Below are positions 57,556 through 64,000 of a DNA stretch of 64,000 nt, piece by piece. Made by a program: the position numbers and the translations under genes. Each line of letters begins with the position of its first letter. Positions within the stretch are counted from its first letter, which is position 1. The DNA lies in NCBI RefSeq assembly GCF_964355755.1, contig NC_092675.1, forward strand, positions 20,804,912-20,868,911. Direction: 5' to 3'. This DNA is from Antedon mediterranea (Eukaryota; Animalia; Echinodermata). Below the pieces are notes generated by a model that saw only the letters and a list, made by a program, of their open reading frames with translations, searched no databases and was not told the origin of the DNA.

Positions 57556-59762
57556 TTATAAAAACTGAAGCTTTTGATTTTGTTCATTTGCTCTGTGTCT
57601 TGTGGAAAAGTAACACACAGGGGACACCCTAATTAAAGGGGATACTTTCATGTGAAACAAACAAAAGGAAAATCTAACAATATACAGTAGCAACCCTTTA
57701 TTCAGGACACAACATCCTATTTAAGCGCCACTTTGTTTGGTGGGTCCAGAAGGTGCACTATTTGAAAATGAACTGTACATACAACACCATACCAAAGATT
57801 TAGGTACAACTAGATTTGATCACAGGACAGTTGTGTCTCCCTTGAAAATGACAGCTCCATGTGTATAACACAAAGTATACTGTAGTAACATTAAATTAAT
57901 ATAATTATACTAGTATAGTATTTGAATGGCATTAAAACTCATCAAATGTTGTTCATGTATCAAGTGATCGAGGCCACATTTCTTCAGTACTAAAACTTCA
58001 TTCTTTACAAATTTGTGAGAATCCAAATTGGATTTTGCCTTTGGCTAAATCACTGACATCCTAAAGTCATTGAATAACACTTAGAAGATTATATAAAAAC
58101 AATGTGCTCTATGTGGGTATACGATTTCAATTAAAACTAACATTCAATCCTTTAAACAATAACACATCCTTTAAGGAAAAATATAATACCCTTAATTTAG
58201 ATATTGTGTACATTCCTTTGAGAATATAAAACAGAATTTGAAAAAAAAATTTTTTGTTCTGTCCAAATCTGAACTTGGCTCCAAATACGAAGAAGAAATT
58301 TTGAAAAACTGTATTTTGAGGGTAATACTAGTAAAGCAAATAAAGGTACTGAATTAAAAATTGAAATGAATAATTCAGTAGTATTTATTTGAATTGAAAA
58401 GTTATATGATTGAAAATGTTCATCTCGTTTGTAGTAATAAGTTATTAGAAATATTCTTTTTTCAAAACCAACAATTTAAAGTTTTAGTTGATGCTATCAA
58501 TTAAATTAGTGTCACTGTTTCAAAGGTGTACATTAAAATATTTTATTTACAAATTATCAATATTTATGAATAATCCATTAGAAAGGGAATTTCCAGGGCC
58601 AAAAAAAGGATACATGGTGCATTGTACTTTACAACACTAATTTACATCATACCAAGGGAGTCCTTGTTATCTCAGATATTAAAATATATTTCTGGATATC
58701 TCATCATTTTGATGGAAGAACTATGTGGCAGCTGTTTGATAGCCTAAATAAAATGTGGCTACAGTAATGTATCTGTCATGAATGATCCACTGTCTGCCAT
58801 TAATTTTTGCTGATGATTAAATTTTAAATAAATTTAACAACGAATTCAACGGATATTGACTGGCACAGTTTTAAGAAAATAGAAGCTAAACATTTCTAAC
58901 TTCATTCAACAAATATCTAGACCAAGTAATTAAGACAATTACAGCACTAATTACCATTTACAATTTAACCTAAAGGTAAAACAATCACTGGATTCTCTAT
59001 ATGTCCAATATATGACATTACAATAAAGTCCGGTATATTTTATATGATATGATTGAGCCACCAAAGGTGATTGTATGTAGATTGTAATATACTGTACTGT
59101 AGTGGTTTTTCTTCAATCTTGATGTATTTTTTTTTTCAAGATGTTTTAAGTCATGTAGGCATTTAATATGGTACATACAATTACAATTCTTCAGGCCTGC
59201 CTTTTATGTTCACCTTTTGTGTGTGTTTTTTTAACAATAAATACCTCAATATCTTATACAGTAATTCTTATTACAACTTACAAGAGAAATGCATTAACAA
59301 TTTGAATAATATAATTAAGCAAAAGCCTTGGTAAACTGCAGTATAATATAACCCACAACCTTCAGAAGCTTATCATCAGATATTGGTTAAACACCATTAT
59401 TCTCTTTACTACACACCTACATGCCTGATGACATAAAAGGTTGTAAAGCCTTGCGTTACAGTATAGGAATTATGACAAAGCTGAAAATTAAAGGACTAAA
59501 CATATTAAATAAAAGATTACCGGACCTGTTAATTTGGACAGGTTTGTTACAGTACTAAACAAAATGTATTGATTCTTTTTCTAACTCTTGAGGACAATCA
59601 AAGCATATACAGTACTTCTATACAAAATATACTGTAGACTATTAATACTTTTTTAATTATCAAATTTTACAATTTTATCAATTTTAGTCTTGGTTTTTTG
59701 TAATACAAATTTTTAAAAAAACAGAGGGGACACAAAAATCACAGACAGACGATGGCGCTTAA

Positions 59763-59843
59763 AGCTCTGTCTACACTATCAAACTTTATGTGACAAAAAA
59801 GTGTGATGTGCCCAAATATGGTAGTGATATGTCCAAATATGGT
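59763..59843. mobile_element. MITE family A, truncated
   Basis: TAA|AGCTCTGTCTACACTATCAAACTTTATGTGAC...CCAAATATGGTAGTGATAT. Confidence 0.8.
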
Positions 59844-61300
59844 GTAGCTTTACAAGTATATATTTTTCAGGGAGTTGTTAATTAGAACTAAGAAGAAGAA
59901 TTACGAACTAATTATAAATAAGTCCCTGTTTGATTATGAAAATCACTGCTTCTAAAAATCAATTTTAAAGTTTTATGCCTATAGTACTCAAATTATTTGG
60001 TTAATACACATTTAATAGAGTGTAAAGTGTTTATGTTGTGTTGTGTAGGTACATAAGAACAGTTTATTGATTATTTGTCTTTATTCTAGTGGGTTAACAA
60101 TGTCAAGGGTGATACAATAGATGGGATATAACTTGTTTACTTTTCCACTTGAAAAGATAAGTCAACAAATCATCCCAGTGAATAGCAACACAGGGCCAGA
60201 ACCTGGGCTCCAAACTACAGTGAATTTCTCAAACGCTGTTAGTTTTGACACCACTTGTAAATGGTCAAATACCGTGTAATCATTCAAGAGACAAACACAG
60301 TTAAAAGAAAGATCTGGCCAATTAAAAGTAGGCTAATTGAAAGATTGACCAGTACTCTATATATAATTTAATATTGTACAGTACATCCAATGATCATTGT
60401 CACAATTTCACATTTAAACCATAATATGTGTTTTGAGGAAGTAATCATAATAATACTCAACAATTACCAAATCTCATCACCTCCAAAAACCACCTCCCTC
60501 ACAATCCTACACCTACCTAACTTCTTTTTACCAACCCCAACACAAGAACTAGATGAATAACCATTTTTTTCAAGCTACTCAGACCATGGATAAAAAAGTT
60601 AAGACTTATTTCACCATGTTCAGATTCTCAAACAGTGATGTATTTTCTTCAGAAAAATATGTGGCACATGTAAGCGAAATCAGATGTACTGTAAGTCGTA
60701 TGGCTAGATTTGTATAGACAGCCAAAAACAATGCCACATATCAAAAATATATATATTATATCAGATGATTATTAAAAGTCTAAAAATATTTATTAATGAT
60801 AAACAACAAAGTGTATTAAACTGTTTAGCTTTGAAGTAGATACTTGGTATGTAATTTGTCTTCATGCACTTAACGTTGACACAACTTGGTATAAAGATAA
60901 ACATTCTAAGAATATTGTAACTGTATAGGATGATTTTATCACGTTTTTAGTTAAACTAGCCATCTGGAAAAAATACAGAAAGGAATTATATCCAGCGCTA
61001 AAAATCAAATTTGTATTCAAAATTAAATGTTTCCTATGGATATTGCTGTCATGTAATGTTATATTAACACATGTCGTCAAATGTTTATGCCATTTAATTT
61101 TACGATCAGTTATTTTAGTGGTTTTTACTAATGACCCACTTCACTGACAATAAAATATGTTATTGAATTTGTTTTTCCAATTTTGTTGTCATTTTTTTGT
61201 TGGTTGTGTATGTTGATTGGGCTGTTTATTGACCTTCTGAGATGAAGATGTGCTTAGATGAGGATGTCTCCATTATAATTGTGCCAGGCTGTACTACCTC

Positions 61301-61457
61301 CAGTGGCGTAAAAGCTATAAGCGCTCACTGGCTAAACCGAGGGGCCCAGAGCTTAAGGAGACCCAGAGCATGAGCAGCCCAATGCAGTTACCTAGCATTG
61401 GAGGGCTCCATAGGAATGCTCTAGACCAGGGTCTTTGCACCCTGCGTTATGTCGCTA
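61301..61457. mobile_element. possible hAT-like MITE relic
   Basis: GC-rich island starting CAGTGGCGTA and ending in a degenerate inverse (TTATGTCGCT). Confidence 0.35.
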
Positions 61458-62927
61458 TTTTAATTGAAGACATTCTATTCAGCCAAAACAGTACTATAAT
61501 CAGCAAAGAAATCTATGGGTACTAATAATTTTATCCCATTCATCCTTAACTTTTTGACACTCAGCCCTAGAATTTTTTAATAGAGTTATTTTAATCGACT
61601 GACAATACATCTTTTATAATGATATATAAAACAATTCATACAATTTTTAGTTTAAAACTCTGCTTCAATCATTACAGAAGTTCAAGTTCCAACATATGGA
61701 AGTAAGTTTATTGGTTCTGCCTGGCTGGTATACTCATGTACAGGCCAGGGTAAATAAACAACAGACAGTGGGTCAGATTTAAATGAATAATTTAGGTTAG
61801 GTCAACTGCACTATTTATCAATGCCATAATATACAATATTTCAATAAAATTTAGATGTTAAATAGTTAATAAGCCAAGGGCTAGATATTGAGTTTCTACT
61901 GTAAATTGTATCATGACTTGTTCTTTTTTTTCTTCAAACCAACCACAAGTTTTTACTATCAGTAGTACGTGAGCACAACATTGTTATGCCATTGAAAATA
62001 CTATAAACAATTTCCTAATTTAACCAAATTTAATAATGTTGTTAAATCTTTTGCGGTACTATATAATTGTCAACAAATATATTGTCCTTGAATTGAGAAG
62101 TCCTTGAATTGAGAAGTGTTTGAAAGTACCCATGTATGTTAAGTTACCACAGAAAGATGTTATAAAAGATTGTACTTATTTAGGTACAGTATAAAACACT
62201 GTTGTACTGTAGCCTGTACTAATGGAGAATAATTTACAAAATTAAAAAATCTTCCACAAATAAATTTCTCATATGGACATTTATCGCAAATAGCATTAAC
62301 ATTCTGGTCGTATGAAACTAGCAAGCAAATAATAATTTTTAAAATCCGAATTTTAAACATTTTTATTTTAATGTAGCCTATTAAAGAAAAATGAAGATGA
62401 GAAGAAGAGTAAAATGGGATATAAATTCCTTTTTAAAATTAAAAGCAAGTATTTAGGGAAACATTAATAGCCGTCAACCTTAACTTAGAGAGCACATACT
62501 GTACAGTACTAGTATAGTGATAATAACTTCACTTTAATCTCTTAATCTTAAATTACAAAGGAAAGACTCCTGAATATTGCCCATTCAGATCTTTATCTTT
62601 GAATAGCTTCTTTTATTAATTGTTCAATACCGTAACACAGTAAAATTGACAAGAAGTAAGGCCACCATTTGTCTAATTATTTTTTAGGTACCTTCTGACT
62701 TTACAGTGCATGTATCATGGAGGACATGATTTCCTTTGAATAAAATTGTTCTGACAGTATTGCTGTATACAAAAAAACACAGTAGACAGTATAGGCTAAA
62801 TTTGCATTTAAAACAAAAAACAATAATATAGAGTACTCTATAATGTATAGAAAGAGTCTAGCTAGAATACTGTATAACATACAGTATCTTTACACAGTTT
62901 TACTTAGTACTGTAAAGTAATTTGTGT

Positions 62928-63230
62928 GGGTCATTCCATACCAAATCACCCAAAAAAATGACATTTTAAACCCTACTTTCTTCAAATTTGCTCAAATTTG
63001 GTTTTGGGGTTATTTTTAGCTAAAAAAACCTGAATTTTTTAATTTGAGCGCCATACGACCAACGGTTCGCGCGCTACGCGCCATCGTTTCTTCGCGATTT
63101 TGCGCAAAATCGACGCGGCGGGCTATACTTAAATGACTGTATCTCCGTAACGTGTGGACCGATTTTGTGGTGACAGGTATCTTTGGAACTTAGTTTACGG
63201 CCAATCAGATCATGAGGAAAAATTTAAATA
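62928..63230. mobile_element. CpG-rich DNA-transposon end, unclassified
   Basis: Abrupt start GGGTCATTCCATACCAAATCACCC and a CpG-dense core; no partner end seen. Confidence 0.35.
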
Positions 63231-64000
63231 AAATAGGAAGGTTGGAACAGGATGTTTTAAGGCATTGGCATTTTGAAGATATCTTTCCTTGCACTACAAA
63301 TACTGGCTTTTTTCAACATTCAATATCACATGCATTTATTCAATAATTTAGTCATCAACGACTGAATATACTTAATAAATTTAACTTGCAACGTTATCTG
63401 ATGTTACAACCGCATTGCAAATATGGCTGATCTCCTGTCTTATTTCCTTTCAACCATTTTAAATTGACTCATTACAATCCTGGCCTTGATCTTCTGTAAA
63501 CTAAAAATGATTACTTCCCATCATAAAAAAATTTGGAAAATCTATGTAATAGTTCAAACATTAAATATAGATTTGAAGTTTCTCATCTAAAGACGACATG
63601 CAGATACCTTCTCTTTTTTTAAAAAGAACGAACAGAAAAAAAAAACAACAAAAAAGAAAAAAAATAGAAGGAAAAAAACCCCCTTTTTTACAAATTTACA
63701 GTTAATGTAGTTGGTTTAATTAAAAACTACTAATTTGCGATTAGTAAATAAATAGTAGGATTCCTATTAATAGGAACAGACACCTTCAGCACCAAAATGT
63801 TGCCTTATTAGGGGCGTTGCCTGAAAAATAGGGCGTTTCCATAATAGGGGCATTGCCTGAATAATAGGTGTATGGAATTGCCTTTAAAAGGGTGTCACCT
63901 AATAATAATATAGTATCCCATGTATGGATTGACTGTAGTGTTAAAACCATGGAGGTATAATATTATCCTACATGGTTAAAACATATAATTTCCTCTTGTT

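Noticed and set aside
62085-62118. 16-bp direct duplication GTCCTTGAATTGAGAA (a similar short duplication lies near 48612-48660)
   Set aside because: Ordinary local slippage or duplication with no associated element

Overview
AT-rich eukaryotic genomic DNA, probably from a marine invertebrate; Deu-domain SINEs and the gene itself are compatible with an invertebrate deuterostome, but the taxon is an inference. One spliced gene on the minus strand dominates the window: a FRAS1 (Fraser extracellular matrix complex subunit 1) orthologue. I traced 49 GT-AG coding exons by hand from 53582 down to 1596. Their phases are all compatible and give 8935 nt (about 2978 codons) encoding 6 VWC, 14 furin-like, 12 CSPG/NG2 and 4 Calx-beta repeats. 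The signal-peptide exon(s) were not located, and the C-terminal part lies beyond position 1. The introns hold a 70-bp minisatellite (about 33.5 units), several MITE families (Harbinger-, Tc1/mariner- and Kolobok-like), a Helentron-type element nested in a Kolobok-like element, and a deleted Harbinger-group transposon with a transposase remnant. They also hold a DIRS gag zinc-finger fragment, LINE fragments, tRNA/Deu/CORE-type SINEs, a 5S-like relic and a large excess of TACWGTA words. I found no CRISPR array, no prokaryotic system and no convincing new multi-gene system. Most short ORFs in the supplied track are exon read-throughs, antisense shadows or noise.
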